Shown here: positions 1-12,180 of the stretch, piece after piece
How positions within the stretch are numbered: position 1 is the first letter of the stretch
Layout: each line of letters starts with the position of its first letter
Assembly: GCF_009914755.1 (NCBI RefSeq)
Contig: NC_060928.1
Reading direction: 5' to 3' (one strand)
DNA length: 64,000 bases
Source of the DNA: the human T2T-CHM13v2.0 reference genome, Homo sapiens
The notes under the pieces: generated by a model
Databases searched by the model: none
What the model was told of the DNA's origin: nothing
The model's input: only the letters and a program-made list of their open reading frames with translations
Program-made: the position numbers and the translations under genes

Positions 1-640
1 GAAACTCACTTAGGCTCAAAGCACATTCAAGTAGCATTGCAAGCAGGGTTAGGATCTGGAAGAAGTAGGACAGGAAGCAGCAGCTCTCTCTGTTTCCCTG
101 ACCCCGAGAACAGGGCTAGACTTCCTGCTGGGGTACAGAGGCTGCTGTCTGCAGCCTTCTAGGTGCTTCTTACCCGGCCCGACCCCAGTCCAGACTTAGG
201 CCCCCATGGAGATGCTCACTCATTTCCTTCAGCCTTTGGCAGAGATAACTAAGATGAATCACATTGTCTACAGGGAGATTTAAACTCTTAACAAAACTGA
301 GTTATCACAAAGCTTTAGGGCTTCTAGGCTTTCACTTGTTTCTGTGCAGGGACAATTTCAAGCCCACAGCTGTTTTCATAGTTACTATGTCCACCATGTT
401 CATGTAGGATGGGTTTGAGAGAGTGGGGCTTGGGCTCAGAGTGTAGCTCTTTCCTTCTGCAGGATGGGGATGGGGAGAGTTAAAGAACTGGTGAACTACA
501 GCCGGCTCCATGATCTGAAGGCAGAATATGCACTGGACAGCTGAGAAGGTCTTAGCTTCTCATTTCCCAGAAACAGCAAGGGATTTGAGAGTTAGTTTAG
601 AAATAAAAACTCTAAAGTAGTTAGAATTTCTTTTGGGCCC

Positions 641-993
641 TGCTTTGACTTGAATGTGTCCCCCAAAAGTTCATGTGTTAGAAACTTAATTTCCAATGCA
701 ACAACATTGGGAGGTGGGGTCTCATGGGTCATGAGGGAGGAGCCCTCGGAGTGGGTTAATTATCATGGGAATAGGTTGTCATAAAGCAAGTCTGAAGCTA
801 AGTGTCTCTGTCTTGTGTGCTTGCTTTCTCCTGCTGTGGGATGGTCTTGCCAGATGTTGGTGACATGCCTTTGGAATTTCCAGTCTCCAGAACCATAAAT
901 GGAATTTCCAGTCTTCAGAACCATACACTTCTATTGTTTATAATTTACCTAGTCTGTGATATTCTGCTATAGCAACACAAAGTGGACTAAGAC
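641..993 (+). mobile_element. MST-family (ERVL-MaLR) solo LTR
   Basis: Starts TGCTTTGACTTGAATGTGTCCCCCAAAAGTTCATGTGTT and ends AGCAACACAAAGTGGACTAAGAC, matching recalled MST LTR termini. Confidence 0.85.
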
Positions 994-1589
994 CGAAAAA
1001 AATGAAAGAAAAAATGATCAACCTAGATGGACCAAGTTGGTAACATTTAAGTTCTCTTTTCCCACACTAGCATACAACCTCCTTCATTACTGCATCAAGT
1101 GCTTGCCTCTCTCCCAGTGGGAAAAAAAATGTGCAAATTGTTCAGGACCAGCCTTAATGAACAGCCATGTGTTGCCCCCCAAGTTGCCACAATGGTTTCA
1201 CTGTGAGCTCATAAAAAGAGACAGGTCTCAGGCCTGCAACCAGTTTGGCATCTCATGTAGGGTCAAGCATCCAGGAGGTGGTCAATAAATGTAACATGTG
1301 GCTAGATTCAAAACACATAATTATTCTGGAAAAAATTTTTATGGAAATTGTTGGCTGTGGCTTCAGGGCTCTACATTTCCAGAGGCAGGCTGTGGCTGTC
1401 TGGTTTGTTTGTTGTGAAAAGCCTTGGGGCCCAATTTAGGCAGGAAGCCTCTAGGAATTGCAGCTCCTAGAAATGCACCTCCAGGGCCTTCTGCAAAGCT
1501 TCACATAGTCATAGTCAGCATGTACTGAGCTCTTACTGGGTTTTCAGCACATCACCTGTATTATCTGATTGCACTTTGCAAAATTTATG

Positions 1590-1785
1590 TTAAAAAAGGT
1601 TGGAGAAATGCACAAGGATATAAGTTCCAAGGAAGTTCATGGCAATATTATTTATAATAGTGAAAAACTGGAATTAAATATCCATTAATAGGAGGATACA
1701 AATCAATGTGTTTGATTTATTGATAAAAGAAGATGACCACGCTAGATTAAGCGACAAGAGTTGGTTGCTGAAGAGTATGAATGGA
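1590..1785 (+). mobile_element. Ancient L1M (L1ME-like) 3' fragment
   Basis: GTTCATGGCAATATTATTTATAATAGTGAAAAACTGGAA resembles the L1 ORF2 3' end; very diverged. Confidence 0.5.
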
Positions 1786-1990
1786 CATTATTGTCCCATA
1801 GAACTGTCTGCAATGATGAAAATAGTCTATACCTGTGTGGTCCTATACAGTAGCCGCTAGCTACTTATGGCCACTGAGCACTTGAAATGTGGCCAGTGTG
1901 ACAGGGGATCTCAATTTTAAATTGTATTTAACTTTACTAAATCTAAATAGCCACATGTGGCTAGTGGTTACTGTGTTGCATTGCACAGCA
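1786..1990 (+). mobile_element. MER3 hAT-Charlie MITE
   Basis: TGTCCCATAGAACTGTCTGCAATGATGAAA...GCACTTGAAATGTGGCCAGTG...AAATAGCCACATGTGGCTAGTGG, as in the MER3 consensus. Confidence 0.85.
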
Positions 1991-1991
1991 G

Positions 1992-2105
1992 TAGAATGTA
2001 AGCCCAGCGGGAACAAAGATCTTTAATTACAATGAATTGGAACTTCCCAAAACAGTGCTTGTGCTTGGCATATGGAAGGAGCTCAATAAATAGTTGCTGA
2101 ATGAA
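1992..2105 (+). mobile_element. L2 3' end fragment
   Basis: GTGCTTGGCATATGGAAGGAGCTCAATAAATAGTTGCTGAATGAA is a typical L2 3' tail. Confidence 0.65.
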
Positions 2106-2240
2106 ACAATTGCCTGTTAAGTGTTGTTGTGTCAGGAATTATGGGAGATTTCTATTTTCCACTTTACATGCTTCTGTTTTGATTTTTAAATAAGCATATA
2201 ATTTAAGTGTTTAATTAACAACAACAACAACAAAATTCTG

Positions 2241-3045
<805 letters not shown>

Positions 3046-3799
3046 TGACTGCTCATTTTGGCTGGTGGGGAGGAAGGCCGACTCCTGGGTAGTGATGTAA
3101 TTTATTGCTGGGTACCTGGATTAACTTTCCCTAAATAAACATTACTGGGTGCCATAGCTCCACCCGCTTAAACTCATCCTCCTGTCCTTGATGCCTGGAA
3201 AAAACCATAGCCTCCATTTCATTTTTCATCAGTCAATGCAGTCTTCAGGATTTCCATATGTCTGAACAAGGTTAACAGCAGAGGGGAAAAAACCTGATAT
3301 ATTGTCTCTGCCATTGAAATATGGGGTCAGGTACATATATTTTTGTAATTTACAAGGTCAGCCACAGTACTGATTTATAGCCTTTCTAAGTCAATGAGTG
3401 TCTTAGTAATAAGACTCTAAAATACCTCTTCACTTCTCCTGAGCACCCATCAAGTCTGTCTGCCAACTCAGTTTTCAGTTCTCTCCTCAAGCCTTGGTGA
3501 ACACCATTTAGACTTCCAACGTCAGGCTGGCCCCTCTAGCTCTGACTTATCTGCTCTTCTCCTTCAAAGCCTGACTCTAGAAGCCAACTCCAGAGCACTC
3601 TCCTCTCCACTCCTCCACCTCCTTCAGCTCATAGACATTGTATCTGCTAGATCCATGTTTCCCAAACTTCAATCACTCATTTATCACCTTCGCTTCTGCA
3701 ACTTCTTTGTACTGTCTACTCCATTATTTACTCAGTCTTCTCCTGTAAGTTGACTTTAAATCAACTCATGTATTTATTAGCTGTAAGCTGATCTTCCTT

Positions 3800-4210
3800 T
3801 CTTTCAATAAATATTTATTGAGTGCTGACTACCGCTAGGCACTGAAGGTATAGTGTCTGTGCTCATGGAGTCTACACTTCAATGGTGAGAAATAGACATA
3901 TACATGTAAATAAATCATGTGATATTAGAGGTAAGTGCTTACAAGAAAAATGGAGGTAGGGGATATTTTACATGTGGCCAAAAAGGGCCTCTTGGAGGAG
4001 TTTGCATTTTAGCAGACACTTTTCGAAGTGAGTAGGCAAACACTACAGATACCTGGGGAAAAACTTTCTGGACAGAAGGGCAGCAAGTGCAAAGGCTCTG
4101 AGGCAGGAATGTGCTTAAGTTCTAGAAGAGCAAGGGGGCCAAGTGGCTGGCTGAGGGGTAGGGAATGCAGAACAGGTGAGAGAGGCAGAGAGGGCCAGAT
4201 CATTTGGGGG
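3800..4210 (-). mobile_element. L2 fragment
   Basis: TTCAATAAATATTTATTGAGTGC and CAGCAAGTGCAAAGGCTCTGAGGCAGGAA are reverse-strand L2 motifs. Confidence 0.7.
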
Positions 4211-5004
4211 CAAGTACAGAATCACAGACGAAGGAGCAAGAGAGACAAGAGCATGCACATGGATGAAGGCTGGAAAGGAAGGCACATTCACAAGCCTGAA
4301 CTCCTTCTTAGGCTGATAAGTGGACTTACGTGGGGGCACCAGGAGAGAAGCAGACCATCTGCAAGGGGCTCCTGTAGAGAGCACACAAGCTCTGCACTTC
4401 ACATGACCATTTTCAATGTCTCCTCCATCCCTTCCCGACAGTAAGAACATGATGAAATTCAGTGGGACAGAAAGCCACATTCTGAAACACAATAATCATC
4501 CAAATTGCTATAGGAGGAAGCTATAGCATGGCTTCATTGTCACCAGCCTCTGTTGTGAGAGGCTCAATATTGTAATGCCAGAGTCACCAACTGAGGGTGT
4601 GAAGAGGAGGGAGGAGAGTGCCAATCTCAGAAGCTCGACATGGGCACCTCTGCTGGATTTGATTGAAAGTGAGCTGGCAAGTGAAGGAAAAAATGAAAAT
4701 CCTTGACCAGTGAGGTTACTTACTGGTTCATTCTGGATCCTGAAAATTCAAGGTTGGTTAAGGTAGCTTTAAGAAAAGGAAATTTTCTTATTATTCCAAT
4801 AAAGGAATCAAGAATTAAGCCGATGTTTAAATTTCACAAAGGTAGTGCTCATACATTGATTCATACATTGACTCAACAAATATTTACTAAGTGCCTGCCA
4901 TGTGACACTGTCCTAAACATGGGTTAGAACAGCAAACAAAACATAAAAACTTCTGCCTGCATCACACTTCCTCTGCATTTCTCCACTGTGTCTAAAAATG
5001 ATGA

Positions 5005-5245
5005 AAATAGTTAACATTTATTGAGCACTTACTATGTGCCAAGTACTGTTCTAAGTACTTTATATGTATTAGTTCATTTACTCCTCAGAGCTGTTCTATG
5101 AAGTAGGTACTAGCATTATCCCCATTTCACAGATGAGAAAAATAACAGAGAGGTTGAGTAACTTGCCTAAGGCCAAGCAGCCAGTCAATGGCAGAACCAT
5201 TATTTGAACCCAGGCAGTCTGAGCCCAGAGCCCAGACTCCTAAAT
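5005..5245 (-). mobile_element. MIR
   Basis: ATTTATTGAGCACTTACTATGTGCC...CCCATTTCACAGATGAGAAA...TTTGAACCCAGGCAGTCTG core. Confidence 0.9.
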
Positions 5246-5719
5246 GTTATGTTTTTACTATTGCAGGAAATCAATAAACACTGAAATGACTATGATAAAA
5301 AGTATAGTACAAACACAGTAAAATAGTCCAAATTTAAATAAATGGCTAGGAGAAAGATCAGTTTAAATTATGACAAACCTACGAGTTACTTAGAAACTGC
5401 ACTTTTATTACCTGTAAATACATATTGATACTAGGGCTAATCTGTAATATACTAACAAGCAGAGGTCTGTACTGCTTGTTGTGATGAACCCTTAAAATTA
5501 GATTCCAACTCAAGTGCCCTATAGCTAATAACTAACACTTAATGTCCTTAAAATAATTTTTTATTCTCTTAAGCAGGCTAAGCAGTTGCCATTGTAATTT
5601 TATTGATTTTACTCTTTTGTTCAACAATCTTCACTCTCAATCTAGATTAAAGTAACCTAAATGAATAAGGTTTCATTGTGTTTCAAAGTCAACTCATCTT
5701 AAATATTGCTGGACTCGTC

Positions 5720-6043
5720 ATCGGTGTTCAGCAATATACCAGTTCTCCTCTTCCGTGTGTGGTAGGATTTTACTCTTCTCTGAATGAGGTAGGGATTGGG
5801 CAGTAAAACATGAGTGGCAGGGACATGTGCCACTTCTGAGCTGAAGCCTTTAAAAGCCAGTGTCTAATTTACCACTCCCCCTTTTACCTGCCTCAGTGAT
5901 CATGGAAGCCAGGGGACTTCTGGATGTCTGGCAGAACCCTCATAGATCTGAGGTGGACCCATAGCACAGTCAAGAAACCAGCCATTGTTTTAAACTACTG
6001 AGATTGTGGGGTTGTTTGTTATTAGCACAACCTAACAGATACA
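5720..6043 (+). mobile_element. MLT1 (I/J-like) MaLR LTR
   Basis: GTGCCACTTCTGAGCTGAAGCC and 3' TAAACTACTGAGATTGTGGGGTTGTTTGTT motifs. Confidence 0.65.
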
Positions 6044-6384
6044 AATGCCAACCCTCCACAGTCTAGGTGAAAAAGAAAATGAATAAAGAATCTATGCAGC
6101 CAATTAGAAAGAAAATAGAAACAAACATTAATTGGCCATTATGATATTTTAAATATTTACAGGTTATCACACCTAATCTTCTTGGTATTGGCAATACTGA
6201 GAAGTAGGTATTATTTCCACTTTATTTCTATGGAAACTGATGTTCAGAATTGCTAGTAAGTGACAGAGATGAGATTCCAATCCAGGCTTGTCTGAATCTT
6301 GTGATTATACTATGTTGTCTATAAAAAGCATATGCAACTAGATTACTCTAAGGGCCAAACATAGGAACACTAGGAGGGAAAGGC

Positions 6385-6555
6385 ATTCAGTCACTGAGTC
6401 ATTCTCCAAAAGGGATAAGATGCTTACTATGTGTCAGGCATTGTGCTACGAATCTCAGAGTGAACAAGACAGTTCTGTTGATGAGCTGACAATCTAGTGT
6501 GGGCAACAGACAAGTAAAGTGGTAATTTCATTATGGTGTGATAAGAGCCATTTGA
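6385..6555 (-). mobile_element. L2 3' fragment
   Basis: TGCTTACTATGTGTCAGGCATTGTGCTA...GTGAACAAGACAG. Confidence 0.6.
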
Positions 6556-8049
6556 CTAGGGTAAGGATGGGTTTGGACTTAAGAGTACACTCAAAGGAAT
6601 GGAAGAAAGAAAAAATGAAAAAAAAAAAGCAGAGAAAGGAAAGCTAGGAAATAAATGAGGAATAATGGCCAAATAAAGAAGCACCATGAACGTCATCATC
6701 TCTTCCTGTCCAGATTTGCACACATTTGGTAAGAATATGCCATATGTTTCACCTTGGCACACATAACTCTGGTGGCATGCTGCCACTGGCTGGTGACATC
6801 AAAGTCACCTGTGAAAACCAAGAGAAGCTCTGCTCTGCTGTTAACAGCAGTCCCCAGCCCAGCTGGCTTAGGAATTCAAACCCAAGCAGGGAGCCTACAT
6901 TCCCTCTAGGGCAGCTGGCACCCCCAACTCAGGAGGACAGAAGGGCAATTTGCTTGCTAGTCTTCCCTGCTGGGCTACGACTCTTGGTCACATTTATCAG
7001 AACTTTACTATGCCTGACCTGCGAGCTACTCAATAAATGTTGATTGGTTGCCTGATAGAATGAACAGCCGTTGGGGTGGAAAGGTGCCTGAGGAACCTCA
7101 GGTGCTGTAAAGCATCAAGAGGCCTGAGCCCCTTTAAAACCCAGCCAAGGACCCCAGAATGGCTGGGGCTTGTTCCGACTACACTCAGCATGTATTAATA
7201 GATCTGCATTCTCAGTTTCACAGGGAGATCCCTCCCACATGGAAATTAAGAAATAAATGGCTCTCCTGAGTGGAAATGTCAGAGTAGGGGCTGCTAGGTC
7301 ACAATGTAGGACCATGTGAACTAGAGAGACAAGTAAGTCCCACATTAGAAATTAAAGACACAGTCCGTATCTGGGCAGTTTGACAATCTAACTATAGAAG
7401 GGTTAATGCATAAGGTAGATTAGAAGATGACCTGGGAGGACTCTTGTAATCTGGGGATTCCAATTGCAGCTAGAAAGAGGAATGTAGCTGAAATGACAGG
7501 AAACATGAACCACTGCTCGTAAGTTCGGATTTCAGAAGAGTACCCCTGTGTCCCTATTAAACTGATTTTTCTGAGGGCTCGGCCAGGGAACAATCTGTTT
7601 TGTGGTAATGCGCAAAGGGACTTCTTGTTGTAGGACTAAGCACTTATAGGAGAAGACACAAACTGATAGAAAGTGCGGAAGGGACGAGCATTTTAAGGTA
7701 GAAAGAGTAGACACCACCCTGTGGGAGTAGGAATGAGCATGTTCTTTAGGGGAGGACTGGTTAAGACCCTTGGGCACGCTCTTTCCACTGTTAGAAATGC
7801 CCTTCTGATCCTGTGCCTGGTAAACTCTCCTTCTCTCTGATATATCAGCTCAGATGTCCCCTTTCCCATGACACCTCCCTTGATTCCCCCGGTCCTAGAT
7901 AGCAGTTTTACAGCCTAAGTTCTGAGACCCTCTATCCAAGCCATAAAAAACCATGCTAAATCCTGGCATTTTTTTTTTTCCTGCAGAAGAGAAGGTAGCC
8001 TCACACCCCTTTTCAACACAGTTCCAGAAAGATCTTTTCAGCTGACAAA

Positions 8050-8225
8050 ATTAATTAAGCACATATTAATTGAATACCTACTATGCAGCATATAGTTTCT
8101 AGGGGATGTAATGGTGAACAAGACAACATACATACCTGTTTCATGGCTCTTATATTCTAGCTGAGGAGACAGATAATGAACAAATAGATATGTAAGTAAA
8201 TGTTAGAACGTAATAAGTACTCAAA
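8050..8225 (-). mobile_element. L2 3' fragment
   Basis: TTGAATACCTACTATGC...GGTGAACAAGACA...TATATTCTAG. Confidence 0.6.
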
Positions 8226-8674
8226 ATATAAACAAAGCCGTGCATGGCAGAGAGGGTGATAGCTTTTCTGACATTTATTTCTGCTTCTTTTGGTGGGTCT
8301 TTCTATATAACAGAGGCTGGAAAACTAAACACTCAACTTCTTGGACTCCTTGCCCAGAAGCTGAGATGCTCCCTTGGTAGTCTTAAGAAGATCCCAGAAA
8401 TACAATGTTGAATTATTACCCCACTGTGTTAAACCTAACTGTCTTCATCATTGGACAGCGAGTATTGGGAAGCCAGACACTCACTCCGGTTCACTTATCT
8501 GGCACACAGAAGGCACATGCCAAATGCTTGTTGAATGAATGGCTCCATCTGAAACAGACTGCCTAGCTTAAACAGAGGGCCTGCCCTGATAGGGATGAGG
8601 GAAATTTACAAAGTTAGGATGTGGGCACAAGTTACCCACTGCACAGTGCATGCTAAGAGGCCATGTGAATACTA

Positions 8675-8905
8675 CAGGTTGAGTATCCTTTATCCAAAAT
8701 GCTTCGGACCAGAAGTGTTTCAGATTTAAGATGTTTTGATTTGGGTTTTGGAATGTTTGCATGATACTTACTGGTTGAGCATCCTTAATCTGAAACTCTG
8801 AAATCTGAAATGCTCCAATGAGCATTTCCTTTGAGTATCATGCCAGAGCTCAAAATGTTTCAGATTTTGGAGCATATTGAATTTAGGTTTGGGATGTTCA
8901 ACCTG
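8675..8905 (+). mobile_element. Tigger4a (MER46-type) TcMar-Tigger MITE
   Basis: Terminal inverted repeats CAGGTTGAGTATCC...GGATGTTCAACCTG; left TA TSD at 8673-8674, right TSD reads TT. Confidence 0.9.
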
Positions 8906-9324
8906 TTTATACTAATTAAAGAGAAGCTACTGCTGATTCTTTCACAGGGCCAAGAGTTTGATGAAAATGGTATACGAGAGGAAAGATTTTTCTAGTGTCT
9001 ATGTGTGGTAGGATTGGAGTATACAGAAAGTGGAGGAAAAGAACTAAAATCTTGACTCTAGATGGTAGAAAGTTGGTTGTCAAAGAAAAAGGAAAACAGC
9101 AGGCAGAAGCTACAGAATATTTGGCAAAAGATTAGCTTTTTAGTTTTTAGCCAAGGGACAAGGGGGAGAGTGGGTTGTGGGACATAATGGAGAAGCTGGA
9201 AAGTGTGTGCTAGTTTGAAAGAAGCTGAGAGTTCTGATTCCAGCACCAATGTCATGCTAGAGGAACTGGGAGCTGATCTGGACAGATGTGACTATCTTAG
9301 CTGGAAGTGCTAACTTAGGAGAGG

Positions 9325-9560
9325 TAGAATCATGTGGCTGTTAGGAGCAAGGGCCAGGGAGCCAGGGAGACTGTTATGAGTCCTGTTCTGCCATTCATTA
9401 GTTGTGGGGGCCTGAGCAAATTACCTGACTTCTCTGGGCTTCATAAATTCAATATGGGTGATAAAAGTACCTCCTTCATAGGGTTGTTGGGGGAATAAAT
9501 GAGTTACTATATGGAAAGCCCTTGAAACAGTGCCTGACACTGAGAGAAAGGCAACTTTGT
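9325..9560 (+). mobile_element. MIR
   Basis: GAGCAAATTACCTGACTTCTCTGGGCTTC...GTACCTCCTTCATAGGGTTGTT...AACAGTGCCTGACAC. Confidence 0.8.
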
Positions 9561-10102
9561 TAAAGTTACCTTTACGTAGCACTCTCAATGAATGACATCT
9601 CAGGAGGAGAAGTACAGAAGGGAGAGGGACTAAGGTCCAGGGAGAAAGTATTTCACTCCACTTAATATAACTCAAAACAAGTGGGCTAGCAGTGGCTTGG
9701 CCTTGGAAATATTCTGAGCATTTTGATATGAGAATATTCCTCATCAAAATGGGATTTGCCTATATAGGAAAGCTTATAGATAGCTAAGGATATGACCTAT
9801 ATAAATCTGCCATGGAAAGTAAAAGCAAAAAAAAAAAAAGTCATTAAGCACAAGGGAATTTGGTACTATCTGAATTTGACTTTACCTTGATACTACTAAA
9901 TAAAATCTCCTAAAATGGTAAAAAATAATTTAAACAAAACAAAGGTATGGGAGTAGCCCAGTGATTCAAGATGGTATGCCTGACACAAGAAGGCCAGCTG
10001 CAGCCCCCAGCTTCTCTGGCACTAGTGTCAAGAGTATGCCTTACGGAATGTGCTGAATTCCAAACATCCCATATTAAAGAAACTGTCAGTAACTCATGCC
10101 TT

Positions 10103-10151
10103 AAACAAAACAAAACAAAACAAAACAAAACAAAACAAAACAAAACAAAAA
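10103..10151 (+). repeat. (AAAAC)n microsatellite
   Basis: About 9-10 perfect pentamer units. Confidence 0.95.
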
Positions 10152-10189
10152 CCCTGTTAAAGATAGGCATTAAGCTTATGCTAGGTATA

Positions 10190-10642
10190 TGTTTTAGTTT
10201 GTTCTGTGCTGCTATAACAGAATATTTCAGACTGGGTAATTAATAAAGAACATAAATTTACTTCCTCACAGTAAATTTATGGATGTTGGAAAGTCAGTGT
10301 CAAAGTGCCAGGTGAGGGCCTTCTTGCTGCATCTTCACAGGGCGGAACCAGGTGTAGCTTCTCTTTAATTGATACATAGTATTAATCTGGCCTTCAAGCA
10401 CTCACCATGCAGTGAGTAACTTGTGCCCATATCCTAACTTTGTGAATTTCCCTTATCCCTAACAGGAAGGGCAAGAGAAAACCAACCCCCTCCATAGAGC
10501 CCCTTTATAAGGGCACTTAATCCTCATTCATAGGGGAGGAGCTTTGTTGGTCTAATCACATCTTAAAGACCCCACCCCTTAATACTATCTTATTGGCAAC
10601 ACTTGAATTTTGGAGGGGACACATTCAAACCAAACCCTAGCA
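10190..10642 (-). mobile_element. MST-family (MSTC/D-like) solo LTR interrupted by a ~120-bp foreign insertion
   Basis: TGTTTTAGTTTGTTCTGTGCTGCTATAACAGAATA start and GGGGACACATTCAAACC...TAGCA end on the + strand; 10348-10464 is not MST sequence. Confidence 0.85.
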
Positions 10643-11834
10643 TATTAGGCTGACATGAGGAGAGACCCTGAGCTCACCATGCAATGGCTCTGTATCACCC
10701 ATCTTGGCTTCCTTCTTCTTCTCCCAACCCTTCAATGTGCCTAAAATAGAACCATGTGGGAGGGCTGAATTCAGACACATGGTATAGCTTTATTTTTAGC
10801 CCATTGAAAACATTTGTTTATCAAACAATCACATGAAATGAAAGCCTAACTACAAGAGCTCCAGGATGTCAAAATGTTAAAAGTACAAACAATTATTTAG
10901 CAGATAAACCCTTAGAAACTGACAAGGATAATGAGCACTAAAAATATTCTTAATGGGCCTTATTGAATGATAGATAACACTTGTAATTTTAAACACATTC
11001 TGTCTCTTTTAGTTGTATCTGGATTAATATAATTATATCATATGACCTCTCAATATTTATTTTATGTCATTGTGGACTAAGACTGAGAATTCTCTTGTTT
11101 CTTTATTCATACAAATTATGTATTACTGCTTATCTCATTTGTCAAAAGATTTCCATACTGCAGAAATGTTATTGAGTTCTATACCAAAAGGTCTCTGGTT
11201 GTGGGAGAAGACATTGAAATTATATTGCTTTTATAACAATCATGTCTTAGAAATGTTAAGTTCCTTCTTATGCCCAAATATCTGGGACTTAAGAGAAGAA
11301 CCATGACAAGTAGGGTTAAAACCACTAAAGGAAGAGACCATAAGACAGAAAAAGATAATAGCTAACTATATTATTCAGTTCTTTAGGGTCCATGCTAGAG
11401 AACTATGCAACACTGTAAAGAGATAGATGTCATGACTCTTTTATTTAAAAGATTGAATTACCTATGTCTGTTGTTCTAATGACAAATTTATCATCTAAAT
11501 TTTGCTCTCAAGGACAAAACTGCCTGGTCTCTCTTTTCACATGTTTAACATAATAGATACTCTACTTCAACTTTTGAATTTAGTTTTAAATATATTTCAC
11601 TAAAGTGCCTGGGCACTGTTGCCTAATGCTTGATCAGAGACATCCCTCTGAGGAGAGCTATAGGTAGGTGAAGTAACCTCCAGGTTAACTGGTGGAAGGA
11701 GAAGGTGGCCTCCTTCTGAAGTCCCCTCCCTGGAGTCATTAAATGTCTTTGAGCTACTCAGAGATAATCAAACCTTCCATGTCCACCTAGCTGCAGATAT
11801 TTCTTGACCAACTCCTGTATCAATAAGTAAAGAC

Positions 11835-12180
11835 TAAATTAATAATATGGAGTAATATGCAGTCACTAAAAAAGCTCTATAGAGTTATCTGAAAATAACT
11901 AAGACATATTAAGTGGAAGAAGCAAGCTGTGGAACAATATGCAGAATATTATGTCATAATGCTTTAAAAAGCTCTATATACTTCTAAGCATTTCTTTGCA
12001 GATAAATTTGTATGTGAATACTTACAAAAGAATGTAGAAGACTACATCAAAACTGATGAAAGGGGTTACATATGGAAAGGGGTGAAATTAGAAAAAGAGA
12101 TCTCAAGAGGGACTTGTGCTTTTATCTCTATTGTTTAAATTTCATTCGAGATCACATTCGTATGCTATAAGCATTATGAA
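11835..12180 (+). mobile_element. L1ME-like 3' fragment
   Basis: ATGGAGTAATATGCAGTCACTAAAAA...CATATTAAGTGGAAGAAGCAAGCTG resembles the old L1 3' end. Confidence 0.55.

Noticed and set aside
9974-10041. GTATGCCT direct repeat flanking a weak TGACAC...GTGTCA inverted repeat (mini-MITE-like)
   Set aside because: Matches are too short and the boundaries do not abut; compatible with chance.
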